A DNA stretch of 64,000 nucleotides from Pseudomonadota bacterium (GCA_040387035.1 JAZKEN010000032.1:21-64020), one strand, 5' to 3'; positions 20,566 to 31,228 are shown, counted from the first letter of the stretch. The notes: generated by a model from the letters alone, not told the origin. Program-made: numbers and translations.

Positions 20566-22086
20566 TCAATTAGCTTTAGTGGCTACTGATTCGGTTTTTG
20601 AACTTTCTGCATTAGAAGATGCTGGCTTGGTTTCTAACTGGCCCGGTTCACGCCAATCACCACCCAGCACTTTAAATAACTCCACACTGGCCAAGCTGGT
20701 GGCTTGTCTTGCCTGCACATTGGCTAAAGCCGCATCGTTATACACGCGTTGCGCATCCAGCACTTCCAGATAGGCAGAGTAGCCTGCTTTATAGCGATTT
20801 TCGGCTACCGCAAGTGCTTTCTTCGCAGAAGCCTCACTGGCCGCCAGGCTTTGTTCACGCTCTACGTTCAAACGGCGTGTGACCAGCGCATCATTGACTT
20901 CCCTAAAAGCATTTTGAATCGTGGTTTGATATTGCGCCAAGGCCTGCTTTTGCCTTGCAGTTGCCTGCTCAACCCTGGCTTTACGTTTGCCCGAATCAAA
21001 AATTGGTAAATCCAGGCCCAGGCCCAGACTCCATATACGTGCGCCCGATTTCAATATATTACCCAACTCCAGGCTTTCGCCACCGTAGTTACCGGTAAGG
21101 CTAATACTGGGATACAAAGCCGCTTTTGCAATGCCGATTTGCGCATTTTCAGCGATCAACGTCTGCTCTGCCTGACGGATATCAGGACGGTTCTCCAGCA
21201 AGGCAGAAGGCAATCCCGCTGGTGGAGTCGGCGGTACAGGTAGTGTGCGAATATCGGCTTGATTGACTTCATCCAGTTTCAAATCCAGCACACCGGTTAA
21301 TACCGCAAGCTGATGCAAGCTTAAAGCGCGTAAACGGTTCAACTCGATCAGTTGCGCGTTTAAATTGCTCACAGCCACTTCAGCCTGGCTCACTTCCAAG
21401 CTGCTGGCGATACCGCCATCCAGCCTGCGCTGTGTCAATTTAAGCGATTCATCGCGGCTGCGCAGGTTATCTTTAGTGACGGCAATTTGTGCCTCAATAC
21501 CGCGCAATTGCAAATAGTTACTGCTGACCAGGCCGATTAATGAAAGCTCGACCGTTTGTTTTGAATAGCGCGAAGCCAAAGCATTGGCGGTAGCCGCTTC
21601 TTTAGCGCGCCTGACTTTACCCCAAAAATCCAGCTCATAATTGGTGTTAAAGCCAAACGTATAATTGTTACGGATAGGCGCAATAAAGACCGGGAAAGCG
21701 CCCAGCTCAGTCACCTTGGTGCGTGTTGCACCAGCAGAAAAATTTACTTCCGGAAACAGTGACGCACCCACTTCGCGCATGCTGGCATCGGCTTCTTCAA
21801 TACGTGCCACCGCCAATTGAATGTCGGTATTGTTTTTTAAACTTAACTCAACCAACTCATTCAATTTGGCGTCCTGGTAATGTTTCCACCAGGCTTTAGT
21901 GGCTGCATTCTCTGCAGGATTGGCTGTATCGGCCACTGGCTCACTAAACTTTTGCGGCAAGTTAAACACCTGGCGCAAATAATCAGGCCCTATCGATTGG
22001 CAGCCACTTAACAAAGCGGCAGTAACGGCCATAGAAATAAGCTTCACGTTGATGGTATTTTTTATTGAGTTTCTATACTGCATCAT
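20566..22086 (-). CDS. RND efflux outer membrane lipoprotein (OprM/NodT family)
   Basis: Lipobox LLSGC, YELDFWG, LLENRPDIRQAE, YLEVLDAQR, LFKVLGG. Confidence 0.93.
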   Translation of the reverse strand: MMQYRNSIKNTINVKLISMAVTAALLSGCQSIGPDYLRQVFNLPQKFSEPVADTANPAENAATKAWWKHYQDAKLNELVELSLKNNTDIQLAVARIEEADASMREVGASLFPEVNFSAGATRTKVTELGAFPVFIAPIRNNYTFGFNTNYELDFWGKVRRAKEAATANALASRYSKQTVELSLIGLVSSNYLQLRGIEAQIAVTKDNLRSRDESLKLTQRRLDGGIASSLEVSQAEVAVSNLNAQLIELNRLRALSLHQLAVLTGVLDLKLDEVNQADIRTLPVPPTPPAGLPSALLENRPDIRQAEQTLIAENAQIGIAKAALYPSISLTGNYGGESLELGNILKSGARIWSLGLGLDLPIFDSGKRKARVEQATARQKQALAQYQTTIQNAFREVNDALVTRRLNVEREQSLAASEASAKKALAVAENRYKAGYSAYLEVLDAQRVYNDAALANVQARQATSLASVELFKVLGGDWREPGQLETKPASSNAESSKTESVATKAN

Positions 22087-25000
22087 ACTGTTTCCTTAGA
22101 GTGATCTATTTCTGGCACCAGGCCTTTATCATGATGCTTTCTATCCACATGGGTGTTGCTTAACCAGGTAAAGAATAGCGGAATAAAAATGGTGGCCACA
22201 AAAGTCGCTAATATCATGCCGCCGAATACGCCTGTACCCATACTGCGACGCGCTGCTGCACCGGCACCGGTTGCAATCACCAAAGGCACGATACCAAGCA
22301 CGAACGCCATAGATGTCATCACAATCGGCCTAAAGCGCATTCTTGCCGCTTCCAGCGCCGCTTGGGCCACTGGCATACCCTCTTCCATTTTTTGACTGGC
22401 AAATTCCACAATCAGAATCGCATTTTTCGCCGCCAGACCGACCAAGGTAATCAAACCGATCTGGAAGTAGATATCATTAGGCATGCCACGCATCAGCACC
22501 GCCAGCAAAGCACCGGCTAAAGCAAACGGTACCGCCATAATCACCGCTAACGGCAAGGCCCAAGTTTCAAACTGCGCCGCCAGAATCAAGAACACCATAA
22601 TAATGGCAAAACCGAAAGCAAATATCGCGGCTGAGCCTGTACGTTTTTCTTGATAAGCCTGGCCTGTCCAGGCGATTTGGTAACCATCCGGCAAGTTTTC
22701 AGCAGCGATTTTTTCTACCATGGCAATCGCGTCGCCAGAGCTGATGCCTGTGGCACCGCCGCCAAGTACTTTGGCAGAAAGCAAACCGTTATAACGCTCT
22801 AATTGCTCAGCACCGACAATATTGCTGACTTTACTTAAGGCTGAAAGTGGCACCATCTGCCCTGCGTTTGAGCGCACATATACTTTGCCTAAGTCTTCTG
22901 CCTTCATGCGGTATTCAGCTTCGGCTTGCAGCTGCACACGGTAAGTACGGCCCGATTTATTAAAGTCGTTCACATACAGCGAACCCATGGTGCTTTGCAA
23001 GGTGGCATAGATATCGGCCACCGGCACGCCTTGTGAAATGGCTTTTGCTTCGTCTACCTCAACAAATAACTGTGGCACCGTCGGGCGGAAAAAGGAGTTG
23101 ATGCCGGTTAACTTTGGCTCTTTACGTAAAGCGTCCATAAAGTTGTTCACCACGGCAGACAGGCGCATCGGGTCGGAATCACTGCGGCTTTGAACATACA
23201 CCTCAAAGCCTCCTGAGCTACCCAAACCCCTGATAGCAGGCGGATTAAAGGCAATTGCCATGCCATCCGGCTGTTGCGCGCCAATACCAAATAGTTTGCC
23301 AACAATCTCTTCAGCCGTGGTTTCACGCTCTGACCAATCGGTTAATCGCACAAACATGGTTGCCGCGCTGGTTTTATTACCGCCACCAATCAAGTCAAAA
23401 CCATTCACCGCAAACTCATGCGCAGCGGCTGGATCCTTGTGGATAGCCGCACGCACCGCTTCAGTGGTTTTGGTGGTACGGCTAAGTGTTGCGCCGTCCG
23501 GCATGATCACGGCCGAAATCACATAACCTTGATCCTCAGCCGGTACAAAGCTGCCTGGCACAATTCTCAACAAAACAACCACAACCGCGATAATCGCCGC
23601 AAAGACCAGCGTACCGATAAATTTGTGGTGCAGGGTTAAATCCACGGTTGCCGAATAAAAATTGGTCAGCTTCTGGAAACCACGATTAAATGGTTTGAAG
23701 AATGCGGATTCTTCATGTACCGATTTTAATAAAATGGCGCATAAAGCCGGCGTTAACGTTAATGCCACAATGCCTGAAATCACCACGGCCACAGCCACTG
23801 TTACCGCAAACTGGCGATACATTTCACCCGCGATACCGCCCAGGAACGCCACCGGTACAAACACGGCGCACAGCACCAGTACAATCGCGACCACAGCGCC
23901 GGAAACTTGCTCCATGGATTTAACGGCGGCCTTGATAGGCGACAGTTTTTCCTCGGACATCAAGCGCTCAACGTTTTCCAACACCACAATCGCATCATCT
24001 ACCACAATACCGATAGATAGCACCATCGCAAACAAGGTGAGTGTGTTAATTGAGAAGCCGAATATCCACAAACCGGCAAATGTACCGATTAAAGAAATCG
24101 GCACTGCAATCAATGGAATTAGCGTAGCGCGCCAGCTTTGCAAGAACACAAACACAACCAGCACCACCAGCAGCATGGCTTCACCTAAAGTGATGACCAC
24201 TTCTTCGATTGAAGATTTAACGAAATCGCTGGTGTCATAAGGCACTTCCCAATCCACGCCTTCAGGAAAGCGCTGTTTCAGCTCGGCCATTTTTTCCTTG
24301 ATGGCTTGCGCGGTATCCAGCGCGTTAGCACCTGTTTGCAGGAAGATAGGAATACCAACGCCTGGCAAGCCATCCAGGGCGGTCCGCACGTTATAACTTT
24401 GTGAGCCTAATTCAATACGTGCCACATCTTTTAAATACAGTACGCCACGCGGGCCATCAGCGCGAATAATGATATTGCCGAACTCGTTTGGATCAACCAG
24501 GCGGCCTTTTGCCGTAACCGTATACACCAGCTGCTGTGAGCTGGGTGACGGTTCCTGGCCAATTTTACCCGCTGCGTACTGCGCATTTTGGGATTGAATA
24601 GCTGTCGCGATATCGGTTGTTGTAATACCCAGTTGCGCCATACGGTCTGGTTTTAACCAGATACGCATAGAGTAATCCTGCGCACCAAAGATAGTCGCAT
24701 CACCCACGCCTTTAATGCGTTTAAGCTCATCCAACACGTTTAGCGTGCCGTAATTGCTTAAGTACAGCGGGTCATATTTGCGTTGTTTATCCGTTAGCAT
24801 AATGACCAACAAGATGTCATTGGAACGTTTCTGTACGACCAAGCCGGTACGGCGCACCTCATCTGGCAAGCGCGGCAAGGCAATATTGACGCGGTTACTT
24901 ACGTTAAATGTGGCCTGATTCACATCAGTACCCACTTCAAAAGTAGCGGTAATGGTCAAGGTGCCGCTAGAGTCGGCACTGGAGTTGAAATACAGCAAAC

Positions 25001-25220
25001 CCTCAACACCGCTTAACTGCTCTTCAATCGGTGCTGCAACGGTTTTTGATAATGTGTCAGCACTGGCGCCTGGGTAAGTCGCTGTAATCAGCACGGTAGG
25101 CGGCGCAATTTGCGGATATTGCGCAATGGGTAGCTTTAATGCCGCCGCCAGGCCAGCCAACACAATAATGATGGACAAAACGCTGGCAAAGATAGGCCGT
25201 GTAATAAAAAATTTGGTCAT
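22083..25220 (-). CDS. HAE1 multidrug RND permease (AcrB/MexB family)
   Basis: FFITRPIFA, GIVVDDAIVVLENVER, KNAILIVEFA, RFRPIVMTS. Confidence 0.96.
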   Translation of the reverse strand: MTKFFITRPIFASVLSIIIVLAGLAAALKLPIAQYPQIAPPTVLITATYPGASADTLSKTVAAPIEEQLSGVEGLLYFNSSADSSGTLTITATFEVGTDVNQATFNVSNRVNIALPRLPDEVRRTGLVVQKRSNDILLVIMLTDKQRKYDPLYLSNYGTLNVLDELKRIKGVGDATIFGAQDYSMRIWLKPDRMAQLGITTTDIATAIQSQNAQYAAGKIGQEPSPSSQQLVYTVTAKGRLVDPNEFGNIIIRADGPRGVLYLKDVARIELGSQSYNVRTALDGLPGVGIPIFLQTGANALDTAQAIKEKMAELKQRFPEGVDWEVPYDTSDFVKSSIEEVVITLGEAMLLVVLVVFVFLQSWRATLIPLIAVPISLIGTFAGLWIFGFSINTLTLFAMVLSIGIVVDDAIVVLENVERLMSEEKLSPIKAAVKSMEQVSGAVVAIVLVLCAVFVPVAFLGGIAGEMYRQFAVTVAVAVVISGIVALTLTPALCAILLKSVHEESAFFKPFNRGFQKLTNFYSATVDLTLHHKFIGTLVFAAIIAVVVVLLRIVPGSFVPAEDQGYVISAVIMPDGATLSRTTKTTEAVRAAIHKDPAAAHEFAVNGFDLIGGGNKTSAATMFVRLTDWSERETTAEEIVGKLFGIGAQQPDGMAIAFNPPAIRGLGSSGGFEVYVQSRSDSDPMRLSAVVNNFMDALRKEPKLTGINSFFRPTVPQLFVEVDEAKAISQGVPVADIYATLQSTMGSLYVNDFNKSGRTYRVQLQAEAEYRMKAEDLGKVYVRSNAGQMVPLSALSKVSNIVGAEQLERYNGLLSAKVLGGGATGISSGDAIAMVEKIAAENLPDGYQIAWTGQAYQEKRTGSAAIFAFGFAIIMVFLILAAQFETWALPLAVIMAVPFALAGALLAVLMRGMPNDIYFQIGLITLVGLAAKNAILIVEFASQKMEEGMPVAQAALEAARMRFRPIVMTSMAFVLGIVPLVIATGAGAAARRSMGTGVFGGMILATFVATIFIPLFFTWLSNTHVDRKHHDKGLVPEIDHSKETV

Positions 25221-25261
25221 GTTTTTATCTGCTTAAATGTAAAGATTGGCCAATAATATGC

Positions 25262-26491
25262 TTAAGATTTAACGCTTGGCTTGGCCAGGGTTTTGGCTGC
25301 CGGTTTTGAAGCCGCAGCTGGCGCCTCAGTCGGTTGACCAAAAACCCGCGGCTCAACAATGGCATCCGGACGCACTTTGATTAAATTATCAACAATGACT
25401 TTGTCGTTTTCATTCAAGCCTTTTAATATGATCCAATCTTTGCCATGCCACTCACCTACCGTCACCGGCCTGATCGTTGCCGCATTTTCAGCATTGATCA
25501 CATAGACATATTTGCCTTGATCGCTGGTTAACACCGCTGTTTGCGGTACTAGAAATACGCCATCGCGCAAACCGGTCGTGACGCGAGCACGCACGAACTG
25601 GCCTGGCAATAAGGCTTTATCCGCATTGTTAAAGGTGGCGCGCAGCTCTTGCGTACCTAATGTTGGGTTGATCTGATTGGCGGTAAAATTCAATTTGCCC
25701 TTTTGGCCATATTCGCTGCCGTCTGGCAATATCAAGGTGACATCACTTACCGTGTTGGGGTTAACACGCCCACCCAAACTGGCTAACTCACTCTCAGACA
25801 AACTAAAGCGCGCCCAAATCGGTGACAGTTGAACTATCGTTGTCAGCAAGCTGGTGTTGGCTGCCACCAGGGCACCTTCAGAAAACTGAAAACGCCCTGC
25901 AATACCGGAAACAGGTGCCGTCACCTGCGTGTAAGAAAGATTCAGCTCCGCTTCTTTAATATTGGCCTGCGCTTGCAACATATCGGCTTGTGAAATGCTG
26001 ACTTCAGAAGTGGCGTTATCGTATTCACGCTGGCTCACCGATTGCGTGGCAAGCAGCTCTTTTAAACGATTTGATTCGCGCGATGTCTGAGTGATACGGG
26101 CGCCTTGGCCCGCTGCTTGTGCTTTTGCCTGGCTCAAGGCAATTTGATAAGGCTCAGGGTCGATAATAAAAAGTACTTGCCCGGCTTTAACCGGCTCACC
26201 TTCTTCAAATAATTTTTTAAGGATAATGCCGCCCACACGCGGCCGGATTTCCACTTCTTTCGCACCTTCTGTTTGCGCAACTGCTTCTACGCTCATCGGG
26301 ACGGACGTTGAAGCAGCACTGATATAGCTTACAGGCATTGGCGGTGGCGCTGCTGGTGCGGCCTCTTCTTTTTTTCCACATGCAACCAAGGTTGCAGCCA
26401 CAAGTAGCGTGGCAACTAGCGCTGAAACTGAACCATTTATTTTTTTAGCATTTATTTTTTTAAATTGCGGCTGCTGCAGTAAAAAGTGCAT
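25262..26491 (-). CDS. RND periplasmic adaptor (AcrA family lipoprotein)
   Basis: Lipobox LVAC, EIRPRVGG, VTAPVSG, LLPGQFVR. Confidence 0.94.
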   Translation of the reverse strand: MHFLLQQPQFKKINAKKINGSVSALVATLLVAATLVACGKKEEAAPAAPPPMPVSYISAASTSVPMSVEAVAQTEGAKEVEIRPRVGGIILKKLFEEGEPVKAGQVLFIIDPEPYQIALSQAKAQAAGQGARITQTSRESNRLKELLATQSVSQREYDNATSEVSISQADMLQAQANIKEAELNLSYTQVTAPVSGIAGRFQFSEGALVAANTSLLTTIVQLSPIWARFSLSESELASLGGRVNPNTVSDVTLILPDGSEYGQKGKLNFTANQINPTLGTQELRATFNNADKALLPGQFVRARVTTGLRDGVFLVPQTAVLTSDQGKYVYVINAENAATIRPVTVGEWHGKDWIILKGLNENDKVIVDNLIKVRPDAIVEPRVFGQPTEAPAAASKPAAKTLAKPSVKS

Positions 26492-26520
26492 GATGATGAC
26501 CCTGTAAATTAATTTTCATG

Positions 26521-26543
26521 ATTATAAATAATGTATTTATAAT
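26521..26543. promoter_or_regulatory. Perfect 10-bp inverted repeat, candidate operator
   Basis: ATTATAAATA-atg-TATTTATAAT in the divergent adaptor/TetR intergenic region. Confidence 0.45.
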
Positions 26544-26563
26544 GCTATTTGAGTTATATTATA

Positions 26564-26583
26564 TACAAACAAGAATGTATGTA
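26564..26583. promoter_or_regulatory. AcrR-type operator
   Basis: TACAAACA-agaa-TGTATGTA; half-sites resemble the TACATACA...TGTATGTA operator of enterobacterial AcrR; lies between the divergent genes. Confidence 0.65.
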
Positions 26584-26692
26584 AACCGTTTTTTGAGTAA
26601 ATCGTTGTAAATTTAGCATTTAGTATATCTACCTAAACTGCGCTTGTAACAGGCTAAATTTCAATACAATTTTAAGTTGAACACAATAAATT

Positions 26693-27340
26693 ATGGTTAG
26701 AAAAACGAAAGAAGACGCGGAGCTTACGAGGCAACGTATTATTGATGCGGCCAGGGCCGTGTTTTTAACACGCGGGGTGAGCCGCTCGACGCTTGAACAT
26801 ATCGCCCTAGAGGCAGAAGTAACGCGTGGTGCGGTTTATTGGCATTTTAAAAATAAAACCGACATTTTTTACGCACTGCGCGATCGCGCATTCTTACCCT
26901 TGATTGATCGCATGTATGACACGCTTGCCATACAAAGTGACGATATTGACCCGCTTACCCAAATCGAAAACAGCTTGTGCGACACCATTAATGAGCTTAA
27001 TGAGAACACGGAAATGCGTCAGATATATGAAATCATGATGATTAAGTGTGAGTATGTTGATGAGTTTGCCACGGTGTTGCAGCAGATTCTAAGCAATTGT
27101 TCGAATATCACCGAAAAAATCCAGCTGGCTTATGAACGTGCTAATGAGCAAGGCATGCTAACCCCAACCCTGACGCCACACGCATTGGCACTGGACACAC
27201 ACCTGTTTTTTAGCGGCTTACTGCATATGTGGGTTAAAGATGCAGATGGCAGCCGATTCAGGCATCAAGCCAAAACGCTGATTCAATCGCACATCAATTT
27301 ACGTCGCTTGCAAGCTAAAATCCCATCATCTAAATACTAG
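26693..27340 (+). CDS. acrR: TetR/AcrR family repressor
   Basis: MVRKTKEDAELTR and VTRGAVYWHFKNK HTH; divergent from the RND operon. Confidence 0.9.
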   Translation: MVRKTKEDAELTRQRIIDAARAVFLTRGVSRSTLEHIALEAEVTRGAVYWHFKNKTDIFYALRDRAFLPLIDRMYDTLAIQSDDIDPLTQIENSLCDTINELNENTEMRQIYEIMMIKCEYVDEFATVLQQILSNCSNITEKIQLAYERANEQGMLTPTLTPHALALDTHLFFSGLLHMWVKDADGSRFRHQAKTLIQSHINLRRLQAKIPSSKY

Positions 27341-28113
27341 GATACGGCGCTTTTAATACTTTTCAAGCCCGATTTAATTTTTTGTTTGACACTAAAATAT
27401 TTATAGCGATTTAGCCAACTGTCTTGGCTGGGCAGCCTTTCTAAGTATTCAACGTGCGGCCTGCCGTCTTTAGCAATCACCAAATGCGGCGCATCAATAT
27501 AAGGGTCAATCGCATCCATACGCATGTATTCAACCACATAAGCCCAGCGACTATCTTGCGTGATATTAGGCGTGGTGGAATGCAATAAAAACGATGAAAA
27601 CAATACAATATCGCCCGGCTCGGCAGAAATAAACTCCGCCTTGCTTACATCGCCTTTGTAGGAAACGTGGTTATCGTCTATCTCATACTTCAGCATGCCT
27701 TTATGGCTACCAGGCACTACCCACAAGCCACCATTGTCGGCCGTCATCTTGGTTAGCGAAATCCAGAATTGGAAGTGCTGGTCTTTTAACTGGCTATATT
27801 GATTGTCTTGATGCCAGGGAAAAGTGCCTGCGCCTGGTTTCTTTTCAACCGCCTGGTCCCATCGCACCCAAATATCGGGGCCGGCAAATTGTTTTAAAAA
27901 ATCGATAATCTTGGGCTGGGATATAAATGCACGTAACTTTTCACTGCGGTGCATGATCAAGGCATGAAACTTTAAATTGCCCTTATCCAATACATCATCG
28001 CCAGACTTTGTAGCCGATGCCTCTTTTATATCCGCTACCAGCGCATCTACTTCGGCTTGGGAAAAGAAGTTTTTTACAAACACATAACCATTTTTTTTAA
28101 ATTCAGCTTGCAT
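27337..28113 (-). CDS. Phytanoyl-CoA dioxygenase (PhyH) family Fe(II)/2-oxoglutarate enzyme
   Basis: NGYVFVKNFF, PWHQD (HxD), NGGLWVVPGSH, distal His in LLHS, Arg in DSRW. Confidence 0.88.
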   Translation of the reverse strand: MQAEFKKNGYVFVKNFFSQAEVDALVADIKEASATKSGDDVLDKGNLKFHALIMHRSEKLRAFISQPKIIDFLKQFAGPDIWVRWDQAVEKKPGAGTFPWHQDNQYSQLKDQHFQFWISLTKMTADNGGLWVVPGSHKGMLKYEIDDNHVSYKGDVSKAEFISAEPGDIVLFSSFLLHSTTPNITQDSRWAYVVEYMRMDAIDPYIDAPHLVIAKDGRPHVEYLERLPSQDSWLNRYKYFSVKQKIKSGLKSIKSAVS

Positions 28114-28203
28114 AATTAGTCCGCGTAATCAAGTCCGTTAGCCAGTGCAATCAAGCACTTAATTGCTTTTAGTTAAACTTAATTGTACTATCTTTTTTAA
28201 TGA

Positions 28204-28578
28204 ATGTTCTATAGCCCTTTTGGAGCAACCTTGCAGATACAAACCGGTGAAATTTACGGCAAGCAAACCGCTGCCAAGTTAGTGATGTACAACGTACTAA
28301 AAGTCACTAAAACAAAAGGCTCTGCCGATGAAGTCGTCACCCTGCAAAATATTGATAACCCATTGAGCCTATTTGAAACTACCGCACAAAAATTAGCCAG
28401 CTCCGGCTACATACGCATTAGCCAAACGCCTTATATTGACCTGCAAGCCAGCACGCCAAAACGCCGCAAAGCGGTCAAAAAACCTACCCGCTGCCCGCTT
28501 ACCTTTGATTTTTTAGAAGAGCGCGCCGATAGCCAGAGACCTGCGCCGATATTGCCTGATTTATTTAGTATTGCTTGA
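28204..28578 (+). CDS. Hypothetical protein
   Basis: 124-aa ORF filling an intergenic gap, with no long opposing ORF; start uncertain. Confidence 0.6.
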   Translation: MFYSPFGATLQIQTGEIYGKQTAAKLVMYNVLKVTKTKGSADEVVTLQNIDNPLSLFETTAQKLASSGYIRISQTPYIDLQASTPKRRKAVKKPTRCPLTFDFLEERADSQRPAPILPDLFSIA

Positions 28579-28603
28579 TTTACGCAATACTTAAGCTTTG
28601 GTC

Positions 28604-28717
28604 GTCATTGCTGTGCAGGCAAGAATCTAGGCGGCACAATTAACAATTGTTATTAGTTTCTTGGCATTGCCTGCAATGTTGAATTGCCTGGATTCCCGCC
28701 TGCGCGGGAATGACGAA
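28604..28717. repeat. Inverted REP doublet (REPIN-like): degenerate copy 28604-28630 plus intact copy 28688-28717
   Basis: GTCATTGCTGTGCAGGCAAGAATCTAG (21/27 to the consensus) faces CTGGATTCCCGCCTGCGCGGGAATGAC. Confidence 0.75.
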
Positions 28718-28865
28718 GTGGAATCGTGAAAGTTGGCTAAAAATAAATGTTGGTGAAATTTCACTAGGGGTTAAATCCCCCTTTTATTTGCGTACCTTGT
28801 TTGGGCAAGCAAGATAAGTGACTCGCCTAAAGGCAAAAAGCAATTGACCGTATATTAAAATAACC

Positions 28866-30221
28866 CTAGCCCCTAGGTGGCCCACCCCAAAGATCATGCC
28901 CATCGGCACTGTAAATCTCAACTTCTACAAAGTCACCAGGCGTTAAGCCCTCTGCATCTTCCATATACACCACACCGTCAATCTCCGGGGCATCCGCTTT
29001 AGTACGGCCAATCGCTTCAAAGTTGCCTTCCGTATCGCGCACGATTTCATCTACCAGCACAGTTTGCATAGTGCCGATCTTTTCTTGCAGCTTAGCGGCA
29101 CTGATACGCTCTTGCACTTCCATGAATCTTGTCAAACGCTCTTCTTTTACTTCTTGTGGCACTTGGTCCGGCAGCTCATTGGCTTTTGCGCCATCTACTG
29201 CAGAATAGGTAAAGCAGCCTACCCTGTCCAATTGAGCTTCTTCTAAGAAATCCAGCAACATTTTGAAATCATCTTCAGTTTCACCTGGAAAACCTGCGAT
29301 AAAAGTACTGCGCACAGTGATATCGGGGCAGATTTCACGCCAAGCTTTAATACGCGCCAGATTATTCTCAGCATGCGCCGGACGTTTCATGGCTTTTAAA
29401 ATTCTTGGGCTGGCATGCTGGAATGGCACATCCAGGTACGGTAGGATCAGGCCATCGGCCATCAATGGGATTACTTCATCCACGTGTGGATAAGGGTAAA
29501 CATAATGCAAGCGCGTCCAAACACCCAACTCACTTAAGCTTTGGCAAAGCTCAGTCATGCGTGTCTTGACTGGACGGCCGTTCCAAAAGCCTGGTCTATA
29601 CTTCACATCCACGCCATAAGCACTGGTGTCTTGCGAGATCACCAGAATCTCAGAAACACCTGCATTGACCAGGTTTTCCGCTTCGTTCATCACTTCGCCA
29701 ATCGGGCGGCTGACCAGGTCGCCACGCATGCTGGGGATAATGCAAAAGCTGCATCTGTGATTACAGCCTTCTGAAATCTTAAGATAGGCGTAATGGCTAG
29801 GCGTCAGGCGTATGCCCTGCGGTGGCACAAGGTCAATAAACGGTTCATGCAGCTTGGGCAAGTTAGCGTGCACATGCGTCATCACCTCTTCCAATGCATG
29901 TGGGCCGGTCACAGCCAAAACGCTGGGATGCGCGGCTTCAACAACGCCTTTTTTAGCGCCCAAGCAACCGGTGACGATCACCTTGCCATTTTTATTGATG
30001 GCTTCGCCAATTGCATCCAAAGATTCCTGTACGGCGCTATCAATAAAACCGCAGGTATTCACTACCACTAAATCCGAATCTTCATAACTGGCCGAAATCT
30101 CATAGCCTTCTGCGCGCAACTGTGTCAGGATACGCTCAGCATCTGAGCCTGCTTTGGGGCAGCCAAGGGAAACAAAGCCTACTTTGGGCTGGTTAGTTTG
30201 GTGTGGTGTGATTGTTTTCAT
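28866..30221 (-). CDS. rimO: Ribosomal protein S12 methylthiotransferase
   Basis: [28 protein letters not shown]-terminal TRAM domain. Confidence 0.97.
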   Translation of the reverse strand: MKTITPHQTNQPKVGFVSLGCPKAGSDAERILTQLRAEGYEISASYEDSDLVVVNTCGFIDSAVQESLDAIGEAINKNGKVIVTGCLGAKKGVVEAAHPSVLAVTGPHALEEVMTHVHANLPKLHEPFIDLVPPQGIRLTPSHYAYLKISEGCNHRCSFCIIPSMRGDLVSRPIGEVMNEAENLVNAGVSEILVISQDTSAYGVDVKYRPGFWNGRPVKTRMTELCQSLSELGVWTRLHYVYPYPHVDEVIPLMADGLILPYLDVPFQHASPRILKAMKRPAHAENNLARIKAWREICPDITVRSTFIAGFPGETEDDFKMLLDFLEEAQLDRVGCFTYSAVDGAKANELPDQVPQEVKEERLTRFMEVQERISAAKLQEKIGTMQTVLVDEIVRDTEGNFEAIGRTKADAPEIDGVVYMEDAEGLTPGDFVEVEIYSADGHDLWGGPPRG

Positions 30222-30252
30222 ACGAATAATATCTCTTTAATGTAATGCCGCT

Positions 30253-31152
30253 TTATTCTAAAAAATAGCCAACTAGAAAAATGGATGCGACGCCGCAAGC
30301 AATAAGGCTAAGCTGTGAAATGGTTGCGCGCAACTCAGTGCGCTTGTGCAAGCTGGGAATCAAGTCGGCAACGGCTACATAGAGCATGCTGGCCGCGGCT
30401 AAACCCAAAATAGTCGGCACCCAGGTTTGCACATGCGATAAGGCAAAGTAAGCGATAAAACCGCCCACCGCTGTCGCTAAACTAGACACCAGGTTAAAAA
30501 CAAATGCCTGCTTTTTGCTATAACCGGAATGTAGCAGGATTAAAAAGTCCCCCACTTCTTGCGGAATCTCATGCGCGATAATGGCAATCGCGGTAACGAT
30601 GCCCAACTTGATATCCACCATAAAAGCTGAAGCGATCAAAATACCGTCGACAAAGTTATGAAAGGTATCGCCTATCATAATCATCATGCCGCTTCTGCCT
30701 CGGTCATGGTCATGACTGTGGTGTTGCGGATGCGCATTAATCGAAGGTTTTTTAACAGCTACCGCTTTGTATTTGGTGACGGTTGAATCGGCTGGGCTTA
30801 GGCTTGTTTGCGGGTCCGGGCATTCTTCTGCCGTATGTACCGCGTGCACTTCGCAATGATCGCCATGACAATGGCGCCACAATACTAATTTTTCCAAGGC
30901 AAAGAATAATAATATGCCAAACAGTACTGTCGCCGTCATATGCTTAGGGCTAACCGCTACTTCAATGGCGTGCGGCAAGATCTCTAAAAATACCGCGCCC
31001 AGCATGGCACCAATCGCATAGCTGATCAGCATGGGAATGGCGGTTTTATTGATATTGAGTGCAACCAGGGCCGCGCCTGCCACACTGAGCACGCCGCCTA
31101 ACAGGCTGAATAATACAATCCAGAGTAAAACAGAAAAGTCAGGAATAGTCAT
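30253..31152 (-). CDS. ZIP family metal transporter
   Basis: GDTFHNFVDG, AHEIPQEVGDF, His-rich loop, multiple TM helices. Confidence 0.92.
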   Translation of the reverse strand: MTIPDFSVLLWIVLFSLLGGVLSVAGAALVALNINKTAIPMLISYAIGAMLGAVFLEILPHAIEVAVSPKHMTATVLFGILLFFALEKLVLWRHCHGDHCEVHAVHTAEECPDPQTSLSPADSTVTKYKAVAVKKPSINAHPQHHSHDHDRGRSGMMIMIGDTFHNFVDGILIASAFMVDIKLGIVTAIAIIAHEIPQEVGDFLILLHSGYSKKQAFVFNLVSSLATAVGGFIAYFALSHVQTWVPTILGLAAASMLYVAVADLIPSLHKRTELRATISQLSLIACGVASIFLVGYFLE

Positions 31153-31228
31153 GAATAGGGAGCAAACTAACGCTTAAGCGCTTGAAGTAACAGTAATAAA
31201 AGTGGCGCATTATAAACTAAACTGGCGA

